64,000 nt of DNA, from assembly GCA_951406725.2 (NCBI GenBank), contig OX597820.1, forward strand, positions 21,018,001 to 21,082,000, in the 5' to 3' direction. Source of the stretch: Octopus vulgaris. Its lineage: Eukaryota. The notes below the pieces were generated by a model. The model saw nothing but the letters and a program-made list of their open reading frames with translations, ran no database searches and was not told the origin of the DNA. Made by a program: the position numbers and the translations under genes. This document shows positions 24,326-37,737 of this stretch, piece by piece. Every line of letters starts with the position of its first letter. The first letter of the stretch is position 1.

Positions 24326-25275
24326 AAAAGAACTCCATGTGCATTTCAATTTGTGTGCTGTAATTGTATACTTCATTATGGTGTCCTGGTACACAGGATG
24401 TATGCAGAAAACAAGAACGCTCAAGAGATTGTTTATAAGATATTTAGTTACACCAGCTTGTTAATGAAACGCATGTGAAAAGTGTGTAACTAAATAACTT
24501 ACAAACAATCTCTTACGTTTTGTATGTATTCATATATGTATTTATGTATGTGGATATATGAATATATATATACGTTTATGAATTTGTGTTGCAAGATTCC
24601 TGATGTAAAATCATGACTTGAACTAGATATTGTTGTATTTTGGGATAATTGTTTTTTGCTTTTTTTTATACTTAATAAACACATGCACTATATATTCGTT
24701 CTTCACTTGTGACGCTTTCCGTCTTTGTGTGTGCTCTTGTTCTGCTTATTCTATTCTGTTCGTCTATGACATTTATCCTTATGTGTGCATATGTTTGCAT
24801 CTGTGTGTTTGTGGGTGTGTGTATGTGTACTTGTGTGCGTGTGTGTGTGTCGTTGTTCATAGTAGCACTATGACTCTCCCTTCAGCCCTGTCACTTCCCC
24901 CATTGCCACTGCTGTTGCCCTTGAACCTGACTTTTGGTACTGTTCCTGTATGTCTCGGTGTTTGTGTGTTCACCCACACTGCTGCCATCATGGTAATTGT
25001 TGTTGTTGTTGTTGCCATTGTTATTACCGCTGTTGCTGTTGTCATTGTTGGTTGTGTTGTTGATATTGTTGCAGCCATCTATGAAGTTACTGTATGCTTG
25101 TTTGTATGTGTCTATGGGTTCGCTTTTCTTTTTTTATCTATCTCTACTTCTTATATTTATCATAGGTATGTGCATATTTGTCTACTGTATGCATATTTCA
25201 CTGTTTGAATCTGGTTTCTTTTAAAAGAAAAACCCTCAAAAATGATCATCACAAAATACAACAATACATATATAT

Positions 25276-25491
25276 ATCAAAATAAGCAACAACGATATCC
25301 AGAGATAATGCAGTATGATCATTTCATGCAACTCCATTTAATTGAATAATGCAATCATTTCATTACATCAATTTAAAATGTAGAGCAATCTTCAGCTGCG
25401 CAAAAACATAGAATTTAATTAAATTAGAAGGACACATTAGTATACTAATCGTACTGCATTACCTCTGGATATCCTTGTTGCTTATTTTGAT
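25276..25491. mobile_element. fold-back element with 44-bp inverted termini and a hammerhead-like motif (-)
   Basis: IR at 25276-25319 and 25448-25491. The minus strand reads gcag-CUGAAGA-long stem II-GAAAU-GAUC-AUA-cugc (25310-25399). Confidence 0.6.
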
Positions 25492-25590
25492 TTTGATCAC
25501 CTAATTTTGAAATTGTATGGATAATACCGTACTAAATTCTGGTGCCTCAACATAGGTACCATATTCATCTGAATCTAAATTTTATACATG

Positions 25591-25705
<115 letters not shown>

Positions 25706-25780
25706 GCATGTATGTATGTAATGTATGTATGTATATATGTATATGTATATATATATACAAATATATACATATATATATAT

Positions 25781-28700
25781 AACTTAGAATAACTTAGAAA
25801 GGTTTTTGGCCAGTATTGGCCCAGGCCATGTCTAACTTAATAGCACCACCTGGCGAAGTCTTTCAGTTCAGGATTTGGGCACCAAGGCCCATTCGAGCAG
25901 AGAGTTATTGTTTGCGGAGACATATCCGGGTGTGGATGGTTTGTCCGGTACTGTTTGAAGGAATTTGTCCAAAGACTTCTTGAATTTTGTGTGGTCAGTT
26001 TCTTTTTTGACGTGTCCTGGTGTAATGTTGAAGAGAGCGGGTCCAATTGAGGTGAAATAGTTGTGCCGTATTGTCGTTATGTGATGCGATTTAGATTTTT
26101 GTTGTGGACGGATGGCACGTGGTCCAAGCCTTGGATGCATTTTGAAGGTGATGCCAACATCATTCGGACAGTGCTGATGGAATATTTTCCACATCATACA
26201 GATAATGTAGCGTTCACGGCGTCGTTGGAGTGAATACAATTTCAGCTTCTCTAGTCTACCCCAGTAGTCAAGGTCTGACATGCCATCTATCTTTTTTGTG
26301 ATTGACCTTTGGGGAGCTTCAATTCTCATAATATTTTGTTTTGTGTAGGGAGACCACAGTGGACAGCAGTATTCAAGGTGGGGTCGGGCAAAAGTGGAGA
26401 AGAGAAGGATAATAGCGTGGGAATCTCTCGACTGGAAGGTTCTGAGAATCCAGGAACACATTCTGCGGGCCATGTCAACTTTGCTGCTTATATGTGTAGC
26501 CCAGCTTATGTTGTTGTCCACTGTTACTCCCAGGTCTCTGATGTTGTTGGATGCCATGAGAATTTCTCCAGAAGGAAGAGAGTATGGGAGTTTCAGAGCG
26601 TCCTCCCTTCCAAAGTGGATCAGTTCGAATTTGTCTTCATTTAGCAACATGTTATTCTTTTCCGCCCATTGGACAACAGCTAGTAGGTCTGACTGAAGGT
26701 TTATTCGGTCATCCACGCCATTGATGACCTTCTGGAGCTTGGAATCATCAGCGAAGGTTCTGATGTTGCTGTGTTTGATGGTGTCAGTAATATCATTTAT
26801 GTAGATGATGAAGAGAAGTGGGCCCAACACAGTGCCTTGTGGGACACCACTGCTGACTTTGGCTGGGCTGGATTTGACTCCTTCGACTACAACATGTTGG
26901 GTTCTGTTAGAGAGGAAGCACTTGATCCATTGCAGCAGCTTTCCAGTGACACCAATATTGGACAGCTTTCTCAGAAGGATCTTATGATCAACCCTGTCAA
27001 AGGCCTTGCTGAAATCAAGGTAGATGACATCAGTGTTGGAACCCTCTCCCAAGGCTCTCAAAATGTCATCAAAATGATGCAGTAGCTGCGTCAGGCAATC
27101 TCTCCCATTACGAAATCCATGCTGGTTGGGGTTCAGCATATTATGACTCTCAAGGAAGTGAGTCATACGCGATCTCAGCACCCTCTCAAATACCTTGATG
27201 ATATGAGAGGTGAGTGAGATTGGACGGTAATTCACGGCAAGCGATTTGTTTCCTTTTTTGAAAACTGGGACAACAGACTGGGATAGAAGGTCTTCTGGTA
27301 TATATCCAGCATCCAATGAGTTCCGCCACAGATTGGCTAGAGGGGGTGCAAGTTGGTTTTGACACATCTTCAAGACACAAGCAGGGAACCTATCGGGACC
27401 TACTGCTGAATTATGCTTCATTTCCTTTATTGCTGCTAAGACATCAGGAGCGCCAAATGTTATGTCCGATAAAGTGTATTGGGGAGTAACATCACTGATA
27501 CAGCCCAGATCAGTCATATCAGGATTGCTGAAAACAGAGCAATATTGTTTCTGCAATATTTCTCCCATGGTTTTGGCATTGTCTTGAAGAGTACCATTTT
27601 CATCAATCAGAGGGCCAACAGTAGAACCAGTGACTCTGTGTTTTTTTGCAAATGAAAAGAACACTTTGGGATTGAGTTTGATCTTCTCAATGGCCCAGGC
27701 CTCTTCAGCTCTTCGCTGACTATTGATGATAGACATCATGTTGTTTTGGAGTTTATGTTTTTTAATCTCTAGCGACGAGATGGCAGTCAGGTTGGTGTGT
27801 TGCTGTTGACAGTATTTCAGCATGTTGATCTTTTTGTTGATTCTTTTAATTTTCCTTATGAGAGATTTTCTATTTCTAGGGATTCGACACTTAGATTTGT
27901 TTGCAGATCTTAATGGGGTGTGTCTTGCACATATGTTCGTGATGGTGTCTACAAGTGACTGCCAGGACTTTTTGATGTTAGTGGGTGTGTATGTGTGCGT
28001 GAAGGACCAATCGACTTGTGCAAGATCATTATTGATCGCTTCCCAGTTTGCATTGTGGAAATCCATAGTGTCAAATGGATGAACAGGAGGGATGACATTT
28101 GTTTTGCATTTTGGCCAGTGAAATCTCAGATCACAGAGAACCATGTCATGGTCGGAGAGTAGGGTTTTCTCCACTGCAATATTGTGGATAGTATCAGTGT
28201 GATTGCTGAAAATTAAGTCTAAGACGTTTTTGTGACATCTCGTTGGTTCGAGTACCAGTTGGGACAAGAAGAAGTCATCCATGAAGTCAAGAAGCGATTC
28301 CACTGCCTCCCTGTCAGGGGTTGAGAGAGAAGAACCTGGCGGCAGACTGTTTATAGACCAGTCAACCCCGGGAAGGTTGAAATCTCCCATCATTAAAATG
28401 TTGTCAGGTTGACACTGCTGAATGAAACACTTTATGCTGTTGAGGCATTCCTTGAAGCATGGTAGGGGCGTTTGGGGTGGTCTGTAGAGCCCAACTACTG
28501 TTAAGTTGTTGGTTTGACTGAATACAGCGACTGCTTCGCAGTATCCATTCGAAAATATGTTCATGGCTTCTGTTGAGAATGAATCATGGACATAAATGGC
28601 AGTCCCACCCTTTCTTCTGCCAACACGATCAGCACGAATGGTTTTGAAATTTTTAACTTTCACCTCGGCTTCCAAGTGGAGGTCACTAAGATGGGTTTCA

Positions 28701-28894
28701 GTGAGGACGAAGAAAGGGATGTGGTTTGGATGGGCCTCGACCCAGTCCTCCAGGAATCTTATCTTCCATTTTTGTGTATTGGTGGAAGGGCTGATGCCTT
28801 GGGCATTAAGCAGAAATGTTGAGGCGAGAGTGGATGGTTTTAATTGTTTTGGTGATTTGTTTATTTGATTGCTTTTTAATTTGATTGCTTTTAA
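25781..28894 (-). mobile_element. young CR1/L2-group LINE with intact ORF2 and no ORF1
   Basis: 3' UTR hairpin GGCCA-atac-TGGCC, tail ttctaagttattctaagtt, and an identical ~100-bp flanking duplication. Confidence 0.95.
25868..28894 (-). CDS. LINE ORF2: APE endonuclease plus reverse transcriptase (~1000 aa, uninterrupted)
   Basis: EN motifs [34 protein letters not shown] and SDHDMV. RT motifs [35 protein letters not shown] and FADDSKL. The tracked extension to 29233 is read-through of flanking (TA)n. Confidence 0.9.
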   Translation of the reverse strand, partial: LKAIKLKSNQINKSPKQLKPSTLASTFLLNAQGISPSTNTQKWKIRFLEDWVEAHPNHIPFFVLTETHLSDLHLEAEVKVKNFKTIRADRVGRRKGGTAIYVHDSFSTEAMNIFSNGYCEAVAVFSQTNNLTVVGLYRPPQTPLPCFKECLNSIKCFIQQCQPDNILMMGDFNLPGVDWSINSLPPGSSLSTPDREAVESLLDFMDDFFLSQLVLEPTRCHKNVLDLIFSNHTDTIHNIAVEKTLLSDHDMVLCDLRFHWPKCKTNVIPPVHPFDTMDFHNANWEAINNDLAQVDWSFTHTYTPTNIKKSWQSLVDTITNICARHTPLRSANKSKCRIPRNRKSLIRKIKRINKKINMLKYCQQQHTNLTAISSLEIKKHKLQNNMMSIINSQRRAEEAWAIEKIKLNPKVFFSFAKKHRVTGSTVGPLIDENGTLQDNAKTMGEILQKQYCSVFSNPDMTDLGCISDVTPQYTLSDITFGAPDVLAAIKEMKHNSAVGPDRFPACVLKMCQNQLAPPLANLWRNSLDAGYIPEDLLSQSVVPVFKKGNKSLAVNYRPISLTSHIIKVFERVLRSRMTHFLESHNMLNPNQHGFRNGRDCLTQLLHHFDDILRALGEGSNTDVIYLDFSKAFDRVDHKILLRKLSNIGVTGKLLQWIKCFLSNRTQHVVVEGVKSSPAKVSSGVPQGTVLGPLLFIIYINDITDTIKHSNIRTFADDSKLQKVINGVDDRINLQSDLLAVVQWAEKNNMLLNEDKFELIHFGREDALKLPYSLPSGEILMASNNIRDLGVTVDNNISWATHISSKVDMARRMCSWILRTFQSRDSHAIILLFSTFARPHLEYCCPLWSPYTKQNIMRIEAPQRSITKKIDGMSDLDYWGRLEKLKLYSLQRRRERYIICMMWKIFHQHCPNDVGITFKMHPRLGPRAIRPQQKSKSHHITTIRHNYFTSIGPALFNITPGHVKKETDHTKFKKSLDKFLQTVPDKPSTPGYVSANNNSLLEWALVPKS

Positions 28895-28974
28895 TATATA
28901 TATATATATATATACATATGCATGTATGTATGTAATGTATGTATGTATATATGTATATGTATATATATATACAA

Positions 28975-29116
<142 letters not shown>

Positions 29117-29166
29117 GCATGTATGTATGTAATGTATGTATGTATATATGTATATGTATATATATA

Positions 29167-29600
29167 TAGGGACACTATATTTCATTTTGAAACCGTAACA
29201 TACTACCAAGTATATTAAAGGTTTGTAAGTCAATAGTTTCCCACTTTATGTTAGCAGTGTCTCACTTTCACTTGTACAAGTATCTCTACAGATTTACTTT
29301 AGAATTCAGACCTAGTATTGACTTATAAACGCTGAATATACTTAGTGTCCCTATGGTGTCCCTTCCAGCAATTGATAAGTACATATCAGTTGCCAGGAAT
29401 GTGCTTAATATATAAGCTGGTCAAGCCAATAGTGTTACACTGTTAAATTTAGTAACTATTTAAGTAATGTATTCAGGGATAGTTGTTGGGTTGGATGTGA
29501 TACTGAAGAAGGAACGATAACTCTTGAAATGCGTATATACACTCATTATCTTAACTTTCAGTGCTTGTTCTAAATTCTATAATCTGTAGAGATATATGTG
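29167..29600 (+). mobile_element. fold-back element with minimal hammerhead (Penelope-type terminal sequence)
   Basis: IRs at 29167-29177/29343-29353 and 29208-29235/29316-29343, plus gtgata-CTGAAGA-AGGA-loop-TCTT-GAAA-TGC-GTA-tatacac at 29497-29542. Confidence 0.55.
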
Positions 29601-30059
29601 TAGGACAGCTGTATAAAGAAGTGCTGAGCTCTAATTGTGGAGGGTACCAGTGGAAAGGGTAAACCCAGGAAGATGTGGGACAATGTGGTGAGAAAGGATC
29701 TTTGGATACTTGGCCTCACTAAGGAGATGAGAAGGGACCAGAAGAAGTAGCAATTTGCTGTACTTGATAAGACATGTCAAGCTAAGTGAAATCGCTGTCT
29801 TCTACACAAACAAGCTGGTCGTTTCAGGTGCTGGTGCCACTTAGTGTATTGGTTTCTTGTTCATTTCCAGTCTCTCGTGAAAACATGTCTAGCTGCAGGG
29901 AAATATTACCTTGCCTGGAAATAGGTAACAACCAACAACAGGAAGAACATCCAGCCATAGACAATTGGTATTACATGACAATGACGACAATGACAATGAC
30001 ATTGATGATGACGATATTGGTGACCCTGATGCTGATGATGATGACAATGACAACGATAG

Positions 30060-30292
30060 TGGAGGCGCAATGGCCTAGCGGTTAGGGCAGCGGACTCTCT
30101 GTCATAAGAACGTGGTTTCAATTCCCAGACTGTGAGTGTTTATTGAGCAAAAACACCTAAGCTCCACGAGGCTCCAGCAGGGGGTAATGGTGAACACTGC
30201 TGTACTCTTTCACCACAACTTTCTCTCACTCTTTCTTCCAACTTCTGCCACAAAGCAGAGGAACCATGGTGTAACCCACTATGGTGTGGTAA
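30060..30292 (+). mobile_element. SINE family F variant
   Basis: F head and body with an alternative tail shared with 31400-31752. Confidence 0.75.
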
Positions 30293-31399
30293 ACTTGAAT
30301 GAATGACAGAAGCTTGTCATTTATCTAACTATTGTTCATGGGATATAAAAAACAAAAGTCTCAATACCAAAATTATAGGAGCTCTTTGGAAAACCCTTAA
30401 AATCTATAGACTTGTCGAGCACATTCCTTAAAAATTTTGGTGGGACAATAATAAAGATGCTTTGAACATCTTGGATTGGATGTAGTTTTGTACCCCTCTA
30501 AACAAATTTTGTTCCCACACTTATAAGAAAAAAATTTGTACTGAAATTTAGCACGAAATTGAGGGTGCAGCTTATACAAAAGTGCTGCTTGTACACAAGT
30601 AAATACAGTTAGTCCAGTTTCATTGTTTATGTTCCTACTTTATAGAAACCCGTAGAGAAACCAAATGGAAGAAAGCAAGATGATACAGAGAATGACGGGC
30701 AATAATATTTTAAAGTAGCTGTCAGTCTAAACTACTTAATATTTCTGTTTCAAATTCTGTTAGGTTCTTTGCTTAATATCCTGTGAATGTTATGTCTAGA
30801 TGCCAAAATGTCAGCTTCAAGCCATATAACTGATTGTGTAATTCTTTGAAAATACGATTTTCGTATTTTACTTTGAGAAACAAAAAAAATAAATAAAAGG
30901 GAAGAAAAGACAAATAACTGTTATTATCATCAATACTGATACATTGACTATCTGTTTTCCTTGAAGTGATACCTATTGGTTTGTAATAAGGAATAATCAG
31001 AGCAAATTCACTGGAAATGTTGTTTGATCAATTGTCTGATTCAAATGACAAGATAATAATAGCATATTCAGGTTCAGTCCCATCTCACATCACTATGCCC
31101 AAAGTGTCTTCTGCTATAATATGGGCCAGCCAATGCCTTGTGAGTAAATATGGTACACAGGAATCATGTGGAATCCTGGCATATATTGTTGTAATTGTTG
31201 TCATCGTCTCCTCCTCCTTCTCCTTCTCCTTCTCCTTCTTCTTCTTCTTCTTCTTCTTCTTCTTCTTCTTCTTCTTCCAAACAGGACTCATGCCATTAGC
31301 CACAAAGAATAATCTTTAATTCAAGCCTACTCTAAACTATTAAGAATGCGTGTGGCAACTTGAAGATCCACCCACCACACGTGATAGACTGGCGGTTGC

Positions 31400-31752
31400 A
31401 CGGGCATGAAAGCTACGTTGTTATCCTCATTCCATAAACTTTTAACGGGTGGAGAGTTGAACCATCCTGGGGTACAGAGGATTCGCAATCTAGACTAGGG
31501 TCTGAAAGGTTACCACACCATAGTGGGTTACACCATGGTCCCTCTGCTTTGTGGAAGAAGTAGGAAAAAAGAGTGAGAGAAAGTTGTAGTGAAAGAGTAC
31601 AGGGGGGTTCCCACCCCCCACCCCCCACTGGAGCCTCATGGAGCTTAGGTGTTTTTGCTCAATAAACACTCATAATGCTTGGTCTGGGAATTGAAACCAC
31701 GTTCTTACGACAGCAAGTCTGCTGCCCTAACCACTGGGCCATTGCACCTCCA
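31400..31752 (-). mobile_element. SINE family F variant
   Basis: Reverse match to the 30060 copy with a longer tail. Confidence 0.75.
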
Positions 31753-31898
31753 TGCCATTGCTGCTGTTACTGCCACTGATGCTCATGCTGCTGATGCTGT
31801 TGCCACTACTGCTGCTGGTGTTGCTGTTGCTAGCCACAAAACAGTGTTTACATTACACTAGAATGGCAAAAAGCTCAAAGTGGTGTCAATATAAATAA

Positions 31899-32515
31899 AG
31901 GTGGTGAGCTGGCAGAAACATTAGTATGCCAGGCGAAATGCTTGTCTTTATGTACTGAGTTCAAATTATGCTCAGGTCGACTATGCCTTTCATCCTTTCA
32001 GGGTCGATAAATTAAGTACTAGTTGCGTACTGGGGTCTATCTAATCAACTGGCCCCCTTCCCCCAAAATTTCAGGCCTTGTACCTAGAATAGAAAAGAAT
32101 ATTTAAAGGTAGCAAACTGGCAGAAACGTTAGCGTGCCAGGAAAAATGCTTAGCAGTATTTCATTTGTCTTTACATTCTGAGTTCAAATTCCGCTGAGGT
32201 TGACTTTGCCTTTCATCCTTTCAGAGTCAATAAATTAAGTACCAGCTGTATACTGGAGTTGATCTAATCGACTGGCCTCCTCCCACCAAAATTTCAAGCC
32301 TTGTGCCTAGAGTAGAAAAGAATATTTAAAGGCGACGAGCTGGCAGAAACATTAGCACGCCAAGTGAAATGCTTGTCTTTACATTCTGAGTTCAAATTCC
32401 GTTGAGGTCAACTTTGCCTTTCATCCTTTCAGGGTCCATAAATTAAGTACCAGTTGTGTACTCGATTGATCTCCCCACAAAATTTCAGGCCTTGTGCCTA
32501 GGGTAGAAAAGAATA
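31899..32515 (+). mobile_element. SINE family B head-to-tail trimer
   Basis: Three ~200-bp units joined by tagaaaagaatatttaaagg. Confidence 0.9.
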
Positions 32516-33137
32516 TATCTTTAATTTATGAGTGAGTTGATCATTGCATCTATGCTTTAGTTGCCCCACAACTTCCCATGCACAAACACCTGGATGTCAG
32601 TTTAAACGAGGGCATCATGGATGATAGGTATTTGATAATGCTAATTCATTTGATTAAGTGGGTTTTAAGATTTAGGTGATGAAATTCTGCAGGAGATTGT
32701 CAAAGCCCATTGGGTCACTTCTTAAATTTCTCACCATGTAATCTATCTCAAGTACACAGTCAGCCTGAAGGAGCTCCACTCTCATTCAACTAGGACTCAT
32801 AAAACTGATTACACGTGGTGCAAGTGACTGAGATCTCAAGATTCCCCTCGAACTGAATGTTGGTTTATTGCAGGGTTCAATTTTGAGGAAAGGGGTCAAG
32901 CTGATTACATCGATTCCAGTAGTTGACAGGTACTTTATTTTTTATCAACCTCAAAGAGATAAAAGGAAAAGTTGACCTTGGTGGGATTTGAACTTTGAAA
33001 GTAAAGATCTGAAAGAAACACCACTAACATTACTTAACATTTTGTCAAATGTGCTAACAGTTCTGCCAGCTCACTTCATTCATTTGATCATTGACCAATG
33101 CTAAAAAAATAATAGAAAAGGTTTCCATATCAAGTTA

Positions 33138-33590
33138 TAGGCATAGGAGTGGCTGTGTGGTAAGTAGCTTGCTTACCAATCACATGATTCTGGGTTCAGT
33201 CCCACTGCATAGCACCTTGAGCAAGTGTCTTCTACTATAGCCTTGGGCCAACCAAAGCCTTGCGAGTAGATTTGGTAGACGGAAAATGAAAGAAGCCTGT
33301 TGTATATATATGTGTGTGTGTGTGTGTATATATATATATGTGTGTGTGTGTATATATATATGTGTGTGTGTGTGTGTTTGTGTGTCTGTGTTTGTCTCCC
33401 CAACATTGCTTGACAACTGATGCTGGTGTGTTTATGTCCCTGTAACTTAGCGGTTCGGCAAAAAAGACCAATAGAATAAGTACTAGGCTTACAAAGAAAA
33501 AGTCCTGGGGTCGATTTGCTCGACTAAAGGTGGTGCTCCAGCATGCTCACAGTCAAATGACTGAAACAAATAAAAGAGTAAAAGAGTAAA
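33138..33590 (+). mobile_element. SINE family A
   Basis: Full-length match. Confidence 0.9.
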
Positions 33591-33599
33591 CAAGATATA

Positions 33600-33910
33600 A
33601 TTTTTTTTTTCACCCTTTTCAAGCCTAGCCAGGCTCATGGGCCCGGTTTCCTGGTTTCTATGGTGTATGTGTTCCCCCACAGCTGGATGGGACACCAGTC
33701 CATCACAGCATTACTCAAGAAACAAGAAGAAAGAGTGAGAGAAAGTTGAGGCAAAAGAGTACAACAAGTGTCACAACCACCCCCTGCCGGAGCCTCATGG
33801 AGTTTTAGGTGTTTTCGCTCAATAAACACACGCAACGCCCGGTCTGGGAATCGAAACCGCGATCCTTCGACCACAAGTATGCTGCCATAACACCTAGGCC
33901 ATTGCATCTC
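33600..33910 (-). mobile_element. SINE family F
   Basis: Full-length reverse match. Confidence 0.85.
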
Positions 33911-34692
33911 CTCAAAAGAGATATCACAAGTCATAAAAAGTTCCAGTGGTTACCAACATTCTATAAGACTTACGTTGCTAATGAAGCATCAAGAAATGTC
34001 AGTTTTGTACTTGGCCATTACAAAAAAAAACTGGACAACATAATCAAATTATATCATGGAACTGTAAATAATTTTTATTTGTCTTCTCTTTCAGTCACGA
34101 TATCCCGGTATTATATTTTGTATGTAGTTAACCGACTACAAAGAAAGACACTTTGTTTGAGAGATGATTGAAATAACATTACAAATAATAAAAGAGAAAC
34201 CACTGATGAGGTTATTTACGAGATGCACTGAATTTACAGTTAATTGAAAACTGAAATGATGTTGGGAAAGAAATTGATACGGCTGTCTTTCTTTAAAAAA
34301 CTGGTCGAGTAGCAATTAATGAATGACAAAGGAAATTGTTGTGATTAAAATTAAATGAATGAGTAAATGAATAAACAAACAAATAAATAAATAAGATTGT
34401 GGTTTCTGATAGGATTGTTAATGCTTTCAAAAATTAACGAGACAGTACGTTAGTAATAAGAGCCATGAAGATAATGTCGCAGGCATGGCTGTATGGTTAA
34501 GAACATTGTTTTGCAGTTTGGGGTTGGATTCTCCATTGTATAGCATGTTGAACTGATGCAACCTTGAGCTGAAGACTATTCTTTGAGTGGAATTTGGTAG
34601 ATAAAAACTAAGTAGAAGGCCATCATGCACCAACACATATAAGTATATATACATATACACATACATTTATATACATATATGTGTGTGTGTGT

Positions 34693-34730
<38 letters not shown>

Positions 34731-34762
34731 AACAGAGAGAGAATAAATTTAATAAATGTATG

Positions 34763-34807
<45 letters not shown>

Positions 34808-34962
34808 TTATTCTCACTCTTTTATTTCCTCATGTTCCTTTCTGTTGAAGAGCATAGACTTGAAACATAAAAGACTTTCCCACCTTTCCCAAGTGTCAAA
34901 CTAATACACCTGCTTGTTGTTTATACACCTGTCTTCGTCTTTTGTTTTTCTGTAAATTTCAA

Positions 34963-35013
<51 letters not shown>

Positions 35014-35017
<4 letters not shown>

Positions 35018-35620
35018 AGGTGTGATGGGTGAATTACCGCCATTTTATATTTTTAATTTCTCACATGCACATTGTGTGTTTTTGATTTTGTCAACTACAC
35101 AGGATAGTAGGGTCAGTTGGGCACTGCCTATAAGAAAGAAAAAAACAACACCATGGCACAATTCACTCTGCCAGTAATTTGAAAGTGACATGCTGTACTG
35201 CTTAGCATTCAAACTGGAAACACTTATATGAACATTTCAGAGTGTTTGGGTGTCAATCAGAGGACAGTGTAATCTGAGGACACGTACTGAGAGTGATAAA
35301 AATCAAACATCCAGTCAACATCATGGTGTTTAGAGTGATCACTAGTGATGGCAATGTTATGACTACATTCATCTTCTCCCATGACCTCAGACACAACACA
35401 GAGGCCTACATCAAATGCCTGATGGAGGTAGTGCTGCCCTAAGTGAAGAGGGTGGCTGCTGGGAGACCCTATGTCTGGCAACATGACTCTGCACCATGCC
35501 ACACCAGCAGGAGAATTCAGTCATGGCTACCAGACAATTTCTGCAACCACATCACCCCTAACATCTGGTCATGTAACTCCCCAGACTGCAACTCCTTTGA
35601 TTATTATGTGTGGGGCGCAT
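35014..35620 (+). mobile_element. Tc1/mariner superfamily maT (DD37D) transposon remnant
   Basis: YVWQHDSAPCHTS...NSPDCNSFDYYVWG has 37 residues between the two Asp residues. The left end follows (TA)n, and a related fragment lies at 53345-53660 (-). Confidence 0.85.
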
Positions 35621-37023
35621 ACATTTTAACCACAAAATCTCACATGACCCCCAAAGGTCATATGGACCCTGGTTTGAAAGCCACAGAAATACAATAATCT
35701 TACAACTGGTAACCCTGGTGTTTCACCTGGTGATTCCTGTTTACGTTGACACTGTCCCCACTTCCTCCCTTACATCATGCATCATTAGTCATCCATCATT
35801 CTCTAAAGCCACCCTTCAATCCTATCCACTTACCTCCTCTCACCCATTCCCTATCTCTCATTCCTCTCATGCTTTCTTGCAACTGGTGCTCACTCACACT
35901 CCTTGTCCCTCTGTCCCACTCACTCTACCCACCTTGTGCATTTAGGATTCACTCCAAATCCTTGTAGCCCCTATTTTTATCACCTTCTAGCTCCATCTCA
36001 TTCATTTCAACCCTCTCTTCTGAAATGTGAGTAGTTACGTAGCTCCTTTACAGCAAGAAACTTCTTCTGATCTGACCCCCTCTTTCATACTTTTACCACG
36101 TCTTCTCTTCATATAACACTGCCGCTTTGTGGCTTGTGTCTAGACCCTTGTGGTCTAGAAAGCTATATGGCAACCTCACTGATGCTGGTTGCACAAAAAA
36201 GCACCCAGTACATGCTGTATACTGATTAGTGTTAGGAAAGGTATCCAACCATAAAAACTATGCCAAAGCAGACAACACAGTGTAGTCCTTGAGCCCAGCA
36301 GATCCTGTCAACCTGTCCATGTTTGATAGGGCAAACTGTCCATGTTTGCCCATGCCAACATAGAAAATAATGATGATAATGATAATGATGATGATAATAT
36401 TGAAGATGACAGTCCAGTTTTTCTAAACTGCCTTCATTTTTATTGAATAAATTACTTACATATTGATCAAATTTTAATTAATACACATGGTGATGTTGAA
36501 ACGGGATCTCAAGTATCATCACTGCCAAGCAATCAGGATATTTGTAATTACAAATGTGAACAACACATCTTAGCAGTTAATTCAAACAACAAGAATTTCC
36601 TGATAATAATCTTGCTCAACCAGCATATTAATAAGAAATTTCCTTTTCAGTGAACCAGCTGAACTTTTGCATATATTTTTAAAAGAGTACAACTAGTAAT
36701 TACCATTTTATTTCGTTTGGTTTCACCCACATTGTGTGATGTTATGCGATATATAGAAACACAATGAACATTTTAATAAAAGGAAATCCTACATGACTCA
36801 GAATATTTCTGTGTCAGTGTGTGAAGGTACATGGCTTAGTGATTATGACATTGGACTCACAATCGTAAAGACATGGGTTCAACCTTTGGACTGGGTTGCT
36901 CAATGTGTTCTTGAGCACAGCATTTATATTTCGCAATGCTCCTATTTATCCAGCTGAAATGAGTACCAGCTATATACTGGTGCAACCTTCTTTCTCCCAC
37001 TTGCTCTCTCTCTCTTCCTAGAC

Positions 37024-37737
37024 CAGTGGTTCCCCAAAGCAGGTGGTACTTATTTCTTTTTTCTTTATTGCCCACAAGGGGCTAAACACAGAGGCGACAA
37101 ACAAGGACAGACTGGTACTTAATTTATCGACCCCAAAAGAATGAAAAGAAAAGTCGACCTTGGCGGAATTTGAACTCACAGTGTAACCTCAGATGAAATA
37201 CTGCTAAGCATTTTGTCTGGCATGCTAACAATTCTGCCACCACGCCACCTCAATAATAATAATAATAACCTTTTTTACTCTAGGCACAAGGCCCGAAATT
37301 TTAGAGGAGGGGTCAGTCAATTAGATCGACCCCAGTACGCCACTGGTACTTAATTTATCGACCACAAAAGGATGAAAGGCAAAGTTGACCTAGGCGGAAT
37401 TTGAACTCAGAACGTAAAGACAGACGAAATACTGCTAAGCATTTCGGCCGGCGTGCCAACGTTTCTGCCATCTCGCCGCCTTACTGACTACCTGAAGGCA
37501 GTGGAAAGATCCAGAAAATGTTAAAGAAAAGTGAGGTGATAACAGGGTGACCAAAAGGGGGCAATGGATATAAAAATAGTAAAATAATGGGTTAATTAGG
37601 TCAAGGTTATTTGTGACATACTTTCACTTTGAATTTGCTGAGGAAAATAGTCTACATTTGTGGTGGTGAGGTAGAGCATTAGGAATATGACTTGGGCACA
37701 AAGGGGACAGCAATCTGAAAATGTTTTTGAACCACTG
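37024..37737. mobile_element. old hAT-like MITE containing two nested SINE B copies (37050-37480, -)
   Basis: CAGTGGTTCCCCAAA ... TTTGAACCACTG termini. No TSD is preserved. Confidence 0.6.

Noticed and set aside
31899-32515. CRISPR-like regular repeats
   Set aside because: The units are whole ~200-bp SINEs with no unique spacers, in a eukaryotic context without cas genes.
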